DNA of 64,000 nt from Geosiphon pyriformis uo1 (Eukaryota; Fungi; Glomeromycota), in assembly GCA_016748015.1 (NCBI GenBank), contig JAAOMT010000302.1:62001-126000 (forward strand). Direction: 5' to 3'. The position numbers and the translations under genes are program-made. Of the stretch, positions 41,325-54,116 are shown piece after piece. The notes under the pieces are model-generated. The model had not been told where the DNA came from. It saw nothing but the letters and a program-made list of their open reading frames with translations, and ran no database searches. The first letter of the stretch is position 1. Each line of letters opens with the position of its first letter.

Positions 41325-44300
41325 GATGATTCGGGCCAGGTGAAAATTAGGAAAGAGTGGTAGATATCAGAAAATTTGCAGTTGCGAAAATAAGATTGAG
41401 GATATTCAAAAGGTAGAAAACGGGGATCAAGTTGATTGGTAGTTCCTTATTATTTATTAGTGTAATTGTTAATCTTTTACTGATAATGGGAATAATGTTC
41501 CTATTTTTTTCAGCTATCTGCCACAGCTTTGTATGGATAGAAACTTAAGTCCAATCTCGGCATGTGCCAAGAAGTTTGCCAAGATTTCATTTATCCGCTG
41601 GAACTTGCAGTAGCAACAACTGGGATTATGATCACGACTGTTATATACAAATTGGAAACTCAACCTATCTTTTCAATAGATAACTCATTCCTAATATGCT
41701 TTTTACTCTTTATTTTGGTCTAATTAACCATTTTATATCAACAGGTCCTCTCGCCAAAACTCTCGTTTAAAGCTCAAATGTAACTAATATCTTTTACGTT
41801 AAATACAGATTATAAAGAATCAAGAATTCTGAAATTCTTAATGATATTTTGGTGCTTTGGTTTTCACATTTCGCAAAAGCCATCCTAGTTGGCTTTTCTC
41901 ATGGAAACACCGTTACAGGACGAAATAGTCTAGATGACCTACTCTGCTGAGTCGTAAACATAAAGAACTACCCGATGGCGGAAAGCTCAATATGAACAAT
42001 AGAATCTTATAGCTATGATAACATCAATTATATTGTATATTTGCAAAGGAATGTCCTTTCTAAAAACCAATAAATCTCAAATAAAATAGAGTTGGAAAAT
42101 TTTTTTTGCAAAAAATCAGCATTTATTATTGATGATCCTATTAAAATTATGAATGAACAAAAATAAGTTGAATTTATTTATTATTAAAATTTAATATAAT
42201 TGAATTTTTTTTTAGTTTTAGCTATTTTTAAAAAATCACTAAATTAATTTTTGCTTATATCATATCATTAACTTTTCAAAATAAAAATTGATTTTAATAT
42301 TATTTCAGAAGGATGTTATTTTTACAAGTTATTTTTGTTGGAAACCAGAAATTTTTGCAAATATTTAATCAAAAATTAAAATGGTAAATTAAATAATACA
42401 ATTTTATAAAAATAAAATTACTAATTGGCTTTCTGAAAATGTATTATAGATCATTTTTTTCAAATTTATTAAAATTCTCATTTTTGAATTTATATATTTT
42501 TAAATAAAAACTATGTTTATTTGTTTAAATTAATATTTTTTATTAAAATATGAATATTCTGAAATAAAAAAATTTGATTAATTCATATTTGATAAAAAAT
42601 GTATTTTATATATAATAATAAACAAAATTTAAATCATTTATATTTATTTTCAATTTATTTATATTTAATAAACATTATTTTTTTTATTTTTCTTTAAAAT
42701 AAATAATAAACGTTTTTAATGAATAAATTTAACTTATTGCATAATTTACATCTATAGTGACTTTATTAGAAAGTAAAAGTACTTCACTTTGTTAAAACAT
42801 ATAAAAAAACTTTTATTTAATGGTTCATAATTTTTCAATAGCAAAATATTTAAATATTAGCATTTTTTATATTTTTAATTTAATTATAATTGTTTTATGA
42901 AATTTTTTTACAATTATTGTTACAAATCAGAAGTATAAATTAAAAAATAGCAAAAAAATAGAAAAATTAATAATAATAATCAAGTAAGAATTACAAATAA
43001 AAAATATAAATATATTTTAAGTTTTAATTATTAATAAAAAAAATATTTTTAAAGTATTAATTTTCAATTCTACAAAAAAATTCCCAAATATGATTTTTTT
43101 TAATTTTTAATAAAAAATAACATTGCTATTGTAATTTTATTTTTAATTAATATCAATAAATATTTATATAATATTAAATATTACATTAATTGTAATTTAA
43201 TAAATTTTATTTTGATTGCTATTTTTAGAATTTTATAATAAATATTATTTCTTAACAAAATATTTTGAACACTTGTAAAATAGGTTTAAAATTTATTATA
43301 TATTTCGCAAATTTATATTAAGCAATAAAAAATAGATGTAAGATTTAACTTTAAATTATTTTTAATAATCTGAACAAATAATTCAATTTAGCACCATAAT
43401 ATATACTCAAAAATATTTTTTTAATCAATTATTTTTTTAGTTAATTATTTTTAATTTTATTGTTAAAGATAAAAATAATAAGCTAATGAATATTTAAAAA
43501 AAAGATTATTTAGAATAATAGAAATAATTAAAAAGAAATTCTAACCAAAAAAATGAATTAAATATGTAAGAATTTAATATATAAAATTAGTTATATAAAA
43601 AATCACAGTTATTAATCTTTTCAAAAAAATTTAAAGATATAAAAATAGTTTATAATCGTTAATAAGATAATACTGCTATTATTATCTTATTTCTTATTTA
43701 ATAATTCTTAGAATTAATATCAGTTATTATTGTCCTGTTCAATTGTTTTTTATTCAATAAATTACAAGAGCAAGCTAATTGCTTCTAAAGCTAATTTTAA
43801 CAATCAAATTAAAAAGATATGTAAATACTAACAAGTAAGTTTTTACTACAAACAATATTCAGATACTTGAAAGTGAAAAATTGGGTAAAAAAAATAAGTA
43901 ACAAAAAATAAGATTTTCAACTGTAATAGTATTATCAATATATTTTTCTATTTACATCATATATTATAATATTATGAATTAATATTTAATTTTTTTTACC
44001 ATTAGTAAAATTCTTAATTTGATTAATACCAATTACTATTTTTCTTTATCTTACTGATTTTAGTTTTTATTCAAATTCTGTCAGTTTACTTTAATAAAAT
44101 TTTTATTTTATGACAGTTATTTTTTTTATCAAGTTTGTATAAAAAGATTATAAATTAAAATTATTTATTATTTTATCATATTTTTATATTAATTGTTTTA
44201 AAGATAAATTTCTAATAAAAAATTAATGAATTAGTTTAATTATGACATATAAAGTAACAATAAAACATAATAAAATGAATGTATATGAATTTTGATAACG

Positions 44301-44401
44301 AAAAGATTTTTTATCCTTTGAAAATTTATGAAATAATCATGTAATTTGATTAAAATCATTTCGTGTAACAATAAATGTAAAAGATAAGAATATAATATTT
44401 T

Positions 44402-44933
44402 CAAGCTGGATTCAACAGAGCAAGAAAGAAATTATAAATTAAGCATAATAGCAATATGAAAACAAAATTTCAAACAAGTATTCTAGAATTTCATGGCACA
44501 AAACATTGGCTTCGCATGTGGTAAAATCATATATCAACCGTTAGAAGGCATATGTGAAAGAATAATGAATAAAAATAGTAGAACACTGGTGGTATTTGGG
44601 CATGGACACTTCAAGTAATTCCAAGGATCATGCACCGGGGCCAATCAAGTAGCTATTGTGGGAATTAAGAAAGAGGTTAGTAAACAAACAAGATCTATTC
44701 GTTATGTGATGGGTGATTTAAAGGACGTTTAGCGATCTTGGTCACTCCGATTATATGTCTGGTAAGTATTCGTTTTTCATTGAAAACCTTTTTTAGGAGT
44801 TTCTCATTTTGTATCTTGTTTTATTTTCATAGACTCACTGGAGTCGTAAATGCTGCTAGAGATATAAGAAATATCTTCTCGTTTATGAATCCTGCTGCCC
44901 ATACCATTTAGAAGAGAAGTTACAATGGGTTAA
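44402..44933 (+). pseudogene. Decayed Fanzor (TnpB-like RNA-guided nuclease) C-terminal RuvC/Zn-finger region, with intron 44762-44832
   Basis: Across frameshifts/stops: ILEFHGTKHWLRM, KSYINR*KAY, TLVVFGHG, SSNSKDHAPGPIK*LLWELRKR, KIYSLCDG, WSLRL..CL|THW..VNAARDIRNIF, PIPFRR; same order as Fanzor motifs (GHxPxP, CxxC, WNRDxNAAxNI, RPxxFxR). Confidence 0.72.
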
Positions 44934-44954
44934 TGAATAATTTCTAAGTATAAG

Positions 44955-45074
44955 AAAGGGCGTAGTTTCCGTTGGGCAATGTAAGGTTTGTGGTGTCACT
45001 ACTATATAGGATAGTCTCATGTGAATGATTAGCTGTACTCGTATATTAAGATGTCAAGGCTAAAGTGCCCTTTT
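44955..45074 (+). ncRNA. Candidate Fanzor omegaRNA scaffold
   Basis: Directly 3' of the relic; AAAGGGCG-TAGTT (44955-44967) can pair with GGCTA...TGCCCTTT (45058-45073), closing a ~120 nt region. Confidence 0.35.
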
Positions 45075-45202
45075 AGAAGATAAAAGAAGTAAAAGAAGTC
45101 AAAAAAAAAAAGAAAAATGCTAAAGAAAAGTGAAAAAGCTAATGTGAAAAATGAGGAGCGAAATGCAAATAAAATTGAATCACTATTTCGATACCGAAAC
45201 CC

Positions 45203-46690
45203 TTAGTATGCTTCAGTATACGAAGGATCATACTGCGACCATGAAGATGCATTATTACTTCCTGACACGTTTGATTGATATAACGCCTTTTCAGAAACAG
45301 TCGGCAATAGAAATTGTGGATACTTTTGAAAATAACCCTCTAATTGAGAGTTATATTCAGTGGATGAATCATTAAAACCAGCCAGCGGGTTACTATATGA
45401 ATATACAGAATTATTGGTATCCAATGAGCATGCGATTTGTGATGGTACAGGTGAAGATGGTTGAAATGAATCGAGTTCATGATTGAAAAGTGAACCTGTT
45501 TCGTTATTATATGTTGAGGGAGCATTATTATTAAAAATAGAAACAGAATCAAAGTTCCTATTTAAATTAACAAATGATGGATTTTCCAAAATTTGAAGCT
45601 GTGAATGAAATGATTGTTCCTTTGAATTTACTGGTTGAGGGGTGGGTAAATTCAAATTGAAGTCGTTTAAAGATGCTGCATTCAATTCAAGATTTTCAAA
45701 AATTTCTTGCAAACAAAAACCGCTTCCGGATCCTTGATCGGAGTATTGTTTGAAAAGGGAGAAATCATCTGTTTGTAATGGCATCATGTCTACCTTCGTA
45801 TCGGCTGTTGAAAATTGCTGCCCATCAAAGGAAAATAAAGAAGGGCTCTGATCAGCTGTACTGAGAAACAGTAAATTATCTTCTGTTGGATAGCTCATAT
45901 CTCTTGAAAAAAGTTCAATAAAAGTATCACTGTTTTGATCGTCCTGTTTAACAGACTTGTCGTTAGGTTTGATACGGTTCTTTGTTATGGTTAAATTTCT
46001 TCTTCGATGTCTTGTTGTGGGAATTGAGGTGATTGGAGCAGTCCAACGTGTTTGGGTTAATGAACATGAAGAATCTTGCTCAGCAGGATCTTTCACTGTA
46101 GTCTCCTCAACTCCAAATGTTGGCTGTTCAGTGGTAGCAGCACTTTCGCTACGACCAGGCATAAAAACGTGCTCATTCTTCATCCACGGTTTTGTCTCTT
46201 CATCCCTTCTGCTGGATCCCGCAGATTTAGGTTTATAACGGTAATTGGGAAACACCTCATGATGAGCTAATGCGCTAACCCGGGCCAGGATTTGAAAGAA
46301 ATTTTTTGTTAAAGGAGATTCTTTCTTCCAACTCTTTGAAGACTCTTTCGATATTAAGGCGAATGTCACATCTGGGTCTTTTTGAAGTCTTGCAGCTTGA
46401 AACTCTTTTCTATACAAGACATAATCGTTTTGAGGCCGCGGTGGACTTGCCTTGGTTTTGCCTTTCTTGTGATGTTTTTTGCTTGGTGCTAGAATTTCTT
46501 TAAGTGAAAGGACTGTTGAAGAAATGGGGACATCGTTTTCGTAAACTTCCTTTTGGAGATAATATTCAATTGCAGTTGTCATGGCAGCCTCATATCCCTC
46601 TTTCTCAAAGGTTGACATGGGAACAGAATCTTTTTCTGAAGTATCACATCTAGAGGGTTTGATCCTCTTTGATGATTGTTGTTTAGGCAT
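45203..46690 (-). CDS. HMG-box transcription factor (MATA_HMG-like)
   Basis: 495 aa ORF with PPRPQNDYVLYRKE...ISKESSKSWKKE...HHEVFPNYRYKPK followed by a low-complexity S/N/Q-rich tail. Confidence 0.92.
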   Translation of the reverse strand: MPKQQSSKRIKPSRCDTSEKDSVPMSTFEKEGYEAAMTTAIEYYLQKEVYENDVPISSTVLSLKEILAPSKKHHKKGKTKASPPRPQNDYVLYRKEFQAARLQKDPDVTFALISKESSKSWKKESPLTKNFFQILARVSALAHHEVFPNYRYKPKSAGSSRRDEETKPWMKNEHVFMPGRSESAATTEQPTFGVEETTVKDPAEQDSSCSLTQTRWTAPITSIPTTRHRRRNLTITKNRIKPNDKSVKQDDQNSDTFIELFSRDMSYPTEDNLLFLSTADQSPSLFSFDGQQFSTADTKVDMMPLQTDDFSLFKQYSDQGSGSGFCLQEIFENLELNAASLNDFNLNLPTPQPVNSKEQSFHSQLQILENPSFVNLNRNFDSVSIFNNNAPSTYNNETGSLFNHELDSFQPSSPVPSQIACSLDTNNSVYSYSNPLAGFNDSSTEYNSQLEGYFQKYPQFLLPTVSEKALYQSNVSGSNNASSWSQYDPSYTEAY

Positions 46691-49129
46691 TGATATTTAA
46701 TTGAGAAATTCGAATAAGGCAAGTGTGAGGGATATTAATAAGCTGAGATATTTTTAGTTTACTGTCTGAAGATAAAGGGCCAAAGAGAAAAAAGATTACT
46801 AGAAATGAAATTGAGGCGAGGAGGAAAAATAACGTTGGTAATCGGCTCCTTCATATAGGGAATGGGGAGAAAAGATGAAACACACGCTGGGATATTTCGA
46901 CAATGGACTCATTGTGTAACAAAAAATACCCAGTTCTGAGTTTTCGGATTAGAGTATATTAAACTTGTAGCTTTTTAAACAAAGTTCTGAGTCCGAATAA
47001 ATGAGTTTGTGCTTTAAAATTATTCAGATTGGTTATTTAAGTCTTGAACAGTATATTCAATCTGGGAGGCCCAATCTGAAGAATCCCATCATCCTATGAC
47101 ACCATTTCCTTGTCGACAAGACAACGTATGGTGCATGGCCAAAGAGTTGATGAAAATCTGAAACATACATTGGGCTCAAAACTCAAAGAATAAATTCGAT
47201 TGATGGACCCAGCATTAGATTTCGGCTAATGGGAATACGAAATGCATATTGCAGCATGAAAAGTTTCATGGAAATTATGCAAAACAAACAGAGAAAGAAA
47301 ATGAAAATTTTAAACAAAGTCATTTGTTGTCGGCCGGGCCTTTTATTCAATCTTATTGAATCGATTTGAAATTGAAAACAGCCTTATACAAGTTACAAAA
47401 TATAGTCAAGAAACTAAATCATCTTGCATTCAAATAAATATTAATAGATGTTTGGGTAGGATTAGGTAAACTGAATATTTTTTTCAAACTTGAGAATCGT
47501 CTTGAAGTAATTTATAAACGGAATAATTGATAAATTTAATTATATTTCTAGGCATTTTTCCGTACGTTTTTAAAGGAATATTAATATAAAAAAGATAATT
47601 GAGACGTTATCCTTCCAAAATATTAATCTCTTGAACCTACATTATATAGCTATCGATGTAATTTTTATTCTTTTCACTTTTTCTATTAGCTAAGAATTTA
47701 TATATTTAAAAATGTAATTTTGTGGGATGAATTTAAGCTGATTTTGACAACAAATATTCAAATTGAAAAAATACATTAACAACAATCAACTAAAATCAAG
47801 CATCACTATTTTTAATTTAAGACACTCCTTCAAGTTTTTCTTTTTCCTTAACCTTTGTAGGAAGCGGTCTAAAATAAATTTCCTGATGTAACACAACTGG
47901 TTTAATTTTACTTACTGTGAAGCATGATCGTACATACATGCATGCACGACGCAAAATAGATTTGTTTGTTAAACATTAAAAAAACCTATTGATTCTTTCT
48001 TAAAACGGTTAGTTGTATGATCATGTAATATTAAAAATTTCATGTAAATCCGGAAATCTGAAATTTTTTAACTTTGTATTCCAGAAAATTATAAACATGT
48101 CGCCCAGATACTTACTTTTGGGGCAATTAAATCGATAAAGGTTTTATATTTGCACATAAACAAAATTGTATGAGTAATCAAATTAGATTTTTTAACCTTG
48201 CCGAATATGCAAAGTATAAAGCCATTTTGACTTACTTTAAATAATATTCATGAGTGCTAGATTAATCAAATACGTTGATTTCATGTTTTTGATTCGGTTA
48301 AAGGTTGTACAGTTTTAGACAAAAAAAAAGAATAAATAATTCGGGTTAACCCAACTCGCCGCATACATTTATTAGTCGTTCAATAATTTTTTTTCTTGCA
48401 TGAACAAAGATTCGAAATTTGCACAAGTTCAACCCATGATCTTTTAAGTCATTGAAGATGAAAGAAGTCCCTGAATTCTTATTTTCAAACATCTAATCAG
48501 GACTTTTTTTGCTACAGTTACACAATTCGATTCTTTAACAAGAGGCTTTTTTTATCATGGGTAAAATGATTTCAAATCAATACCTTGGTATTAAGATAAA
48601 AAAGTAGTCTAATCTGTATCTTGTATTTTTGGAACGTAAAGTTCATACTCAACATAATACTATCTTGTAATTGAGACCAGGAGCTTGGACCTTTAGTTTC
48701 ATCTTGAGGTTAAGAACAATCTATTGCGAGGACCTTGATGTCAAAAATTACAAATACCTCCAGTGTTCCTCGTTTTAGTAGAAAAACCTAGAGCCACAAA
48801 ACCTAACACTATTACACGCATGACTCATTGGTAGCCTAGGGGTTGTTCATGTTTCTAAAACATAACAAAAAAGCAGGGATTGTGCATCCGCAAAATTTTT
48901 TTAGATTTTTGAACTAAAAAGTATTAGATCTAGAATGGAATAAGCTTGATAACAACTTATTAGTTTTTATTGAATCATACGCGTCATTAAATTCAATAAT
49001 TGGTAAAATCTTACTTCAAATATTTTAAATATATCCGCAATCAATAGAATAGCTTCAGGTTCTTGATTGTGAGAGGGTTTAAAATAGTAACATAGGGTCA
49101 TATGTATATCTTCCATCATTCCCATCCAT

Positions 49130-49545
49130 TTTCCTAACAATTTCCAAATCGGTAAATTCCTTTCCACAAGACCTTTAGTTTTGCGATGATCTCTCGACAC
49201 ACCTTGTCCAATCAAATGCTGCTTTTTTGTACCAAAGGGAGGCTTTGTTCCTATCACGAGGTTTTTTCCAATATTTGGGAAATAAGTGTCATAAATTTAG
49301 AAGCACTTGGGTTTTCAACTTTTGGAAGATTCCATCAAAAAATAATTGCACTCGTCATTTTCCAAACAATAAGCGATCAGATAAATGGCATCGAGATTTT
49401 CACCTTGAGCTGCCTTGAGATACCATTCGAAGGGTCGAGGTTCATCTTTTTGACACCTTCGCCACCTTTGCAAATCAATGTTGTACTGAACGGTGATACC
49501 AAGAAAATCCCTGCTGTTCATCCTTATGGGTACCAATCACTGAAA
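49130..49545 (-). pseudogene. Frameshifted Sel1-repeat gene relic
   Basis: Fragments KDEPRPFEWYLKAAQGENLDAIYLIAYCLEN and IGQGVSRDHRK lie in different frames with stops between. Confidence 0.6.
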
Positions 49546-52014
49546 TGAAAAAATCTGAAATTCAGCTGGAAAATCGATCCAAACATTCTATGACATCAAA
49601 CTTGCTCTTACTTTGTTTTATTTACCAGGTTGTATTCTGCATGCTAATTTTTGTGCTTGGCAGACTTGGAAAACCAATAGAAAGTTTTTGCGATATTTTG
49701 CTTAAAACCGACTCCTTTCTTTCCAAATGTAACATAAAAACATCAGATATAAGCAGAGCAGTAGTTTTTGAAGCAAAAGTCATAATGAAATAAATCAAAA
49801 CAACCAACCATTAAAATAGCAAAAAACCAAAATTATAATGTCCCAGCTATGCCACTATTTTTGATACCAATAGGCGGGTTTACTCAGATCATTGGGAGTA
49901 CCTTTTGAATCGTGATAACAGTTTTCCAAAGAAATTGATCAAATACATCTTTTTTCTCAGCTGCATTCAAAAGCCTCTCTAGAATTTATACCCTTCCTAT
50001 TCTTAAATTTGAATTATGTTAATGAAAGATCTTAATAATCTTAATATAAAAATTTTATTAACAAAAATACCATATTCATAAAAATAACCAAGAATTTCAA
50101 AAAATATTTTTACGAGATCCAGATTTTTCCAAAGGAGAATGTTCAACATCATCGGATAAAATTCTATTTCGTTCAGTTCGTCTCATATTTCTCTCAATTT
50201 CTTTTTTTTAGACATGTAAGCAATGTAAATATTTCGTAGAATTTTTTATATTTCATTATTTGGTGGGAAATGTGAAGTGATTCTATCTCTGGAATAAGAC
50301 CCTAAACCCAAGATTTTGATTGGGATTTCATCAGTGAGAAATTCACTGCTATTTGAATTTTTTTCAAAATATTTTGTTGAAGTCAAATCAGCCTCAAATC
50401 TCTGAGACAACTTGGTTCGATAAACCTTTTTTCAAGTGGATTGATTAAATATCAAGGTTTTAAAGTTTTGAGGTTTACTTCCGATACTTTTTGGCCAATA
50501 TTTTGAGGATATTTCCCTTTTTTCCATAACGTTTAAGAATTTTGGCTGCAGATCACTCAAGTATAAATTGGCACTTTATAGCTGCTAATTTTGTGATATA
50601 CCCTGAAATTTGTTACACCCTTGTTTGATTTGAAAGCTTTAACATATAAAATTTCCACCTTATTTTCATTAACCCCCAAATTAAATTTGTGCACTGTTAC
50701 CCTTGCTACAATCTAGATATAAAATGAAAATTAAGAATTGTCGTTATCCAGGTGATCCTTGTTAACATCACCACTCATATGAAGTAATTTAAACGATTCA
50801 TTTTAAAGATCTCTCGCATCGCGTTCCACTTTTACCTTAAAAAAAGTTAATTAAGCTACAAGAGATTTTCATCTAGGTTCAACCCGAATACAAATCGAAT
50901 TTTTGAAAAATAATTACGATCGCTTCGCTATCCGAAGCTAACTCTTTGAGCTTTCCTGTGAATCGACATGAATCCTTATATAAAATCTTAAGAGCGGGTA
51001 ACATCGTATTTATCTTGTGACAGCTTATGCTTCTCTTCCTTCAGAAGCTTTGGGTCATTATGCGAAACATTGGCTTAATAAAAGTTGGAAAGTTGCAAAA
51101 ATTTGATCTTGATAAGTTCGAAAATTTAACAAACCTGCCCTGAAATATTTCTTGATTTAGTGACTGTTCAAAAAGTACCGTATAACTAAAATTAATATAA
51201 CTTGAATCTCTGGTGAGAAGTCAATTCTCAGAAATAAGATTAGCGGCAAAATGATTTTGGCGACAAGCAGCAAAGATAGCGTTTTATGAAGGCGAATTGC
51301 ACAATGAGATTGATCAATCATAATATTTTTTTCAGCATCATTGATACATTGTCATTTCAAATTCAATTAGGCTGGCAGCGTAGCGAAGAAACTCTCATAA
51401 TAAATTCATTTCTTATTAAACAGAGTCTAGTAAAGATTAAAATATAATTCTGAAATTCAGTTTATTAGGGTTAAATTGATTTGGATGGGTTAAAAATCAT
51501 TTTAAAAAAACCATTGGGGGCATCAAGTGTCTACATGTGAAGCTATATTACTTTTGGATTGATTTGAACCTCCCTCGAAACGAAATATTTTATAAACTTC
51601 TCAGATGAAATGAGCGAACCTCAATGAGGATAAAAATATAGTATCCACCGAACTCCTCAACAATTTTGAACAAGATTCGGAGCAAGATAAATTTGTTATT
51701 GCCAATCTATATCAACAGGAGGCTTTAGGAGCCGATTAAATAAATGAAAAAATATGTGTAAATTAATTGCACCTGAAAGGTTTGATTTCAGCTTTATTCT
51801 CCTCGTTTTCTGTCTCAGAATTATTCGTATAGTTGGCAAAATTTTTATTCAACCAAGGAGTGAAATCGACTACTTCAGCAATGATTGCTCAATTCATTGT
51901 GTTTAAACTTTTAATTAGAAAGCTGATGCCTTGAATTCCGGAAAAATATTGAAGACAGCAATTCCACGGTGAAAAAATCTTTCCAACTTATACAGCCACT
52001 TTTTACTTTTAGAC

Positions 52015-52755
52015 TCATATTTGTCTCCCGCGTAAAATCGTTCTGATCCCAAACTCTCCAAATGACTTGAATGCTGAAAATTTAGAAAACCTTCTTAACC
52101 ACTTTATAGCTTCAAAAAAATCTCTTTCAACCCCCACCCCCTTCTGATAATTCCATGCGAGGCTTAGTTGAGCTAAAGGCAGGTTTCCTTCCATCGCAGC
52201 CTCTTGATACAAAATACAAGCTTTCTTAAAATTCTTTGGAGTCCCACTCCCACTATAGTAATGATGTCCAAGCCAATTTTTTGCGCAATAAATGACTGGT
52301 TCTCCGGATGCTGCACGACGAAACCATTCAAAAGCTTCTTCAGGTCTTCTGGGTTGAGCGAAGCTGTGAAAGTATAGGCCGGTATATAGTTGGGCATGAG
52401 TGTCACCTAATTCAGCGGCTTGTTTTAAAAATCGGATGGATTGAGGTTTGTCTTTCAAGACTACGACACCAAAATAATAAAATATCCCCAACACTAAATA
52501 AAATTCCGCAGGTTGAGACTCATGTTGGTGTTGTAGTAGGTATTGAAGAAACAGCATTGGTTGATAGCCGTGAGCTTTTATAATTTCGGTTATGTCAGAT
52601 TTGAGACCTTTAGTCTCACCTACCCAGCCTCCATTTGTTTTCTTACGAATATAAGAAGATATTTCGGAAATGATATTTAAAAGATTTTCATGAATATTTT
52701 GTTCAAAATGGTCCAGTTGTAAATTTGTTGATTCTTTTCTAGGCTGTTTTTCCAT
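52015..52755 (-). CDS. Sel1-repeat protein
   Basis: LGIFYYFGVVVLKDK, AFEWFRRAA, LGHHYYSGSGTPKNFKKA, LAWNYQKGVGVERDFFEAIKW. Confidence 0.9.
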   Translation of the reverse strand: MEKQPRKESTNLQLDHFEQNIHENLLNIISEISSYIRKKTNGGWVGETKGLKSDITEIIKAHGYQPMLFLQYLLQHQHESQPAEFYLVLGIFYYFGVVVLKDKPQSIRFLKQAAELGDTHAQLYTGLYFHSFAQPRRPEEAFEWFRRAASGEPVIYCAKNWLGHHYYSGSGTPKNFKKACILYQEAAMEGNLPLAQLSLAWNYQKGVGVERDFFEAIKWLRRFSKFSAFKSFGEFGIRTILRGRQI

Positions 52756-53539
52756 TGTTAGAATTATTGTTAGAAATATATTAAAATTTCAGAAATGAAA
52801 TTAAATGAATCTAAGTCAATTTAATATAACGATGTCTCTTATACGTTTTTGTTTATTGGTCAAAATTGGACGTGCTCGATTAAACCTGAGTTTCTTTTTC
52901 CTGCATCAATATTGACCAATTGCTCTTAACCTATATCATTTGGATGATCTCATGCATACATGGAACTTTGGGTGACAACTTATATAAACTGCTATATGAT
53001 GTGGGAAAAGGTTTCATACAAGATGTTATTGACCTTTTATATTTTCTCTAACAAGTAACATGTAACTAAATATGATTTAATCAATGTTTTAATTTAGAAT
53101 TAAATTGAAATTCCTGAGCAAGATTCTACATGTATAGTCAAATTGCACTTAATCTATTCAGGGCTTCAGGTTGATGCAGCAGCAAAATGAATATTTTTTA
53201 GCTTTAAAATATAAGTAACAAATACTTTTATTTTAATTGAAAAGGTCTGATTAAGACTGTTAAAGGTCCAGAATGATGGTAGTTTATTATTCAGTCAAAG
53301 CTTTGACCTCAAATTTCACTTTGCACATCTATTTATAATCTAAAAAATTCGAAACTCGATAATTTCAATTGAGAATCTATATTAATGTCGAAAGGGTGAT
53401 ATATGTGTATTCGGACTTGGAAATTCGAGAGAAAAGTTTTGATGAAAAATGAATCCAGTATCTCAAAATGATTATTAAAATATTGAATTCCTTTCTTCGT
53501 TAGAACTTCAAGTTTTACGCATTCCCTGCAAGATTTCCA

Positions 53540-53790
53540 ATTGTAATAAATGCTCTATTGAAATTTCTTGGAACACCAATTACATAATGCCACAATGTGA
53601 TAGACTATTTTCCCACGATCATAATCTTCTGCAGCAAATTCCTGATATAACTCGCACCTTGGACTAAATATTGATCGATTTCTTTGGTATTGAAGTAACA
53701 ATACCCGAGGCAAATTCTTCGTCAAAGCAACCGAATGATGTGTGGATAGCTAAGTTTTGAAATATATCAAATAGGTCTGGAAAATCATTT
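53540..53790 (-). pseudogene. Possible Sel1-repeat relic
   Basis: Minus-strand fragments CLGYCYFN, ELYQEFAAE and HYVIGVPRNFNRAF in different frames. Confidence 0.45.
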
Positions 53791-54116
53791 CTGCTCGTTT
53801 TTTCTATCATATCCTAGGTTCTTAAATATATTTCTTCTTTCAAGCTCTTCAAAATGAAGAATATTCATTCAACAATAGAGATTTAGTTCTTGAAATTAAT
53901 AAGGTAACAATCAACAGCATTTTGCATTGAAATTATGACTTAGAGAGTTTTTGGTTGGAGGAAAAAATAGAAACTAACTATCGTTGTAACGGGAAATTTA
54001 TAGGTCTCTAGGATATGATCAGCAATGCTCCATCACTTATTTAAACAGGTTTGTGAATTATCGCATATGAGAAAATCAACTTTTAACTTTGACACAGTCA
54101 AATTGCCAAATTGAAA

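Noticed and set aside
45203-46690. HMG gene as a mating-type (sex) locus
   Set aside because: MATA-HMG genes are highly multicopy in these fungi and the flanking genes expected for a Mucorales sex locus (triose-phosphate transporter, RNA helicase) or a homeodomain pair are absent.
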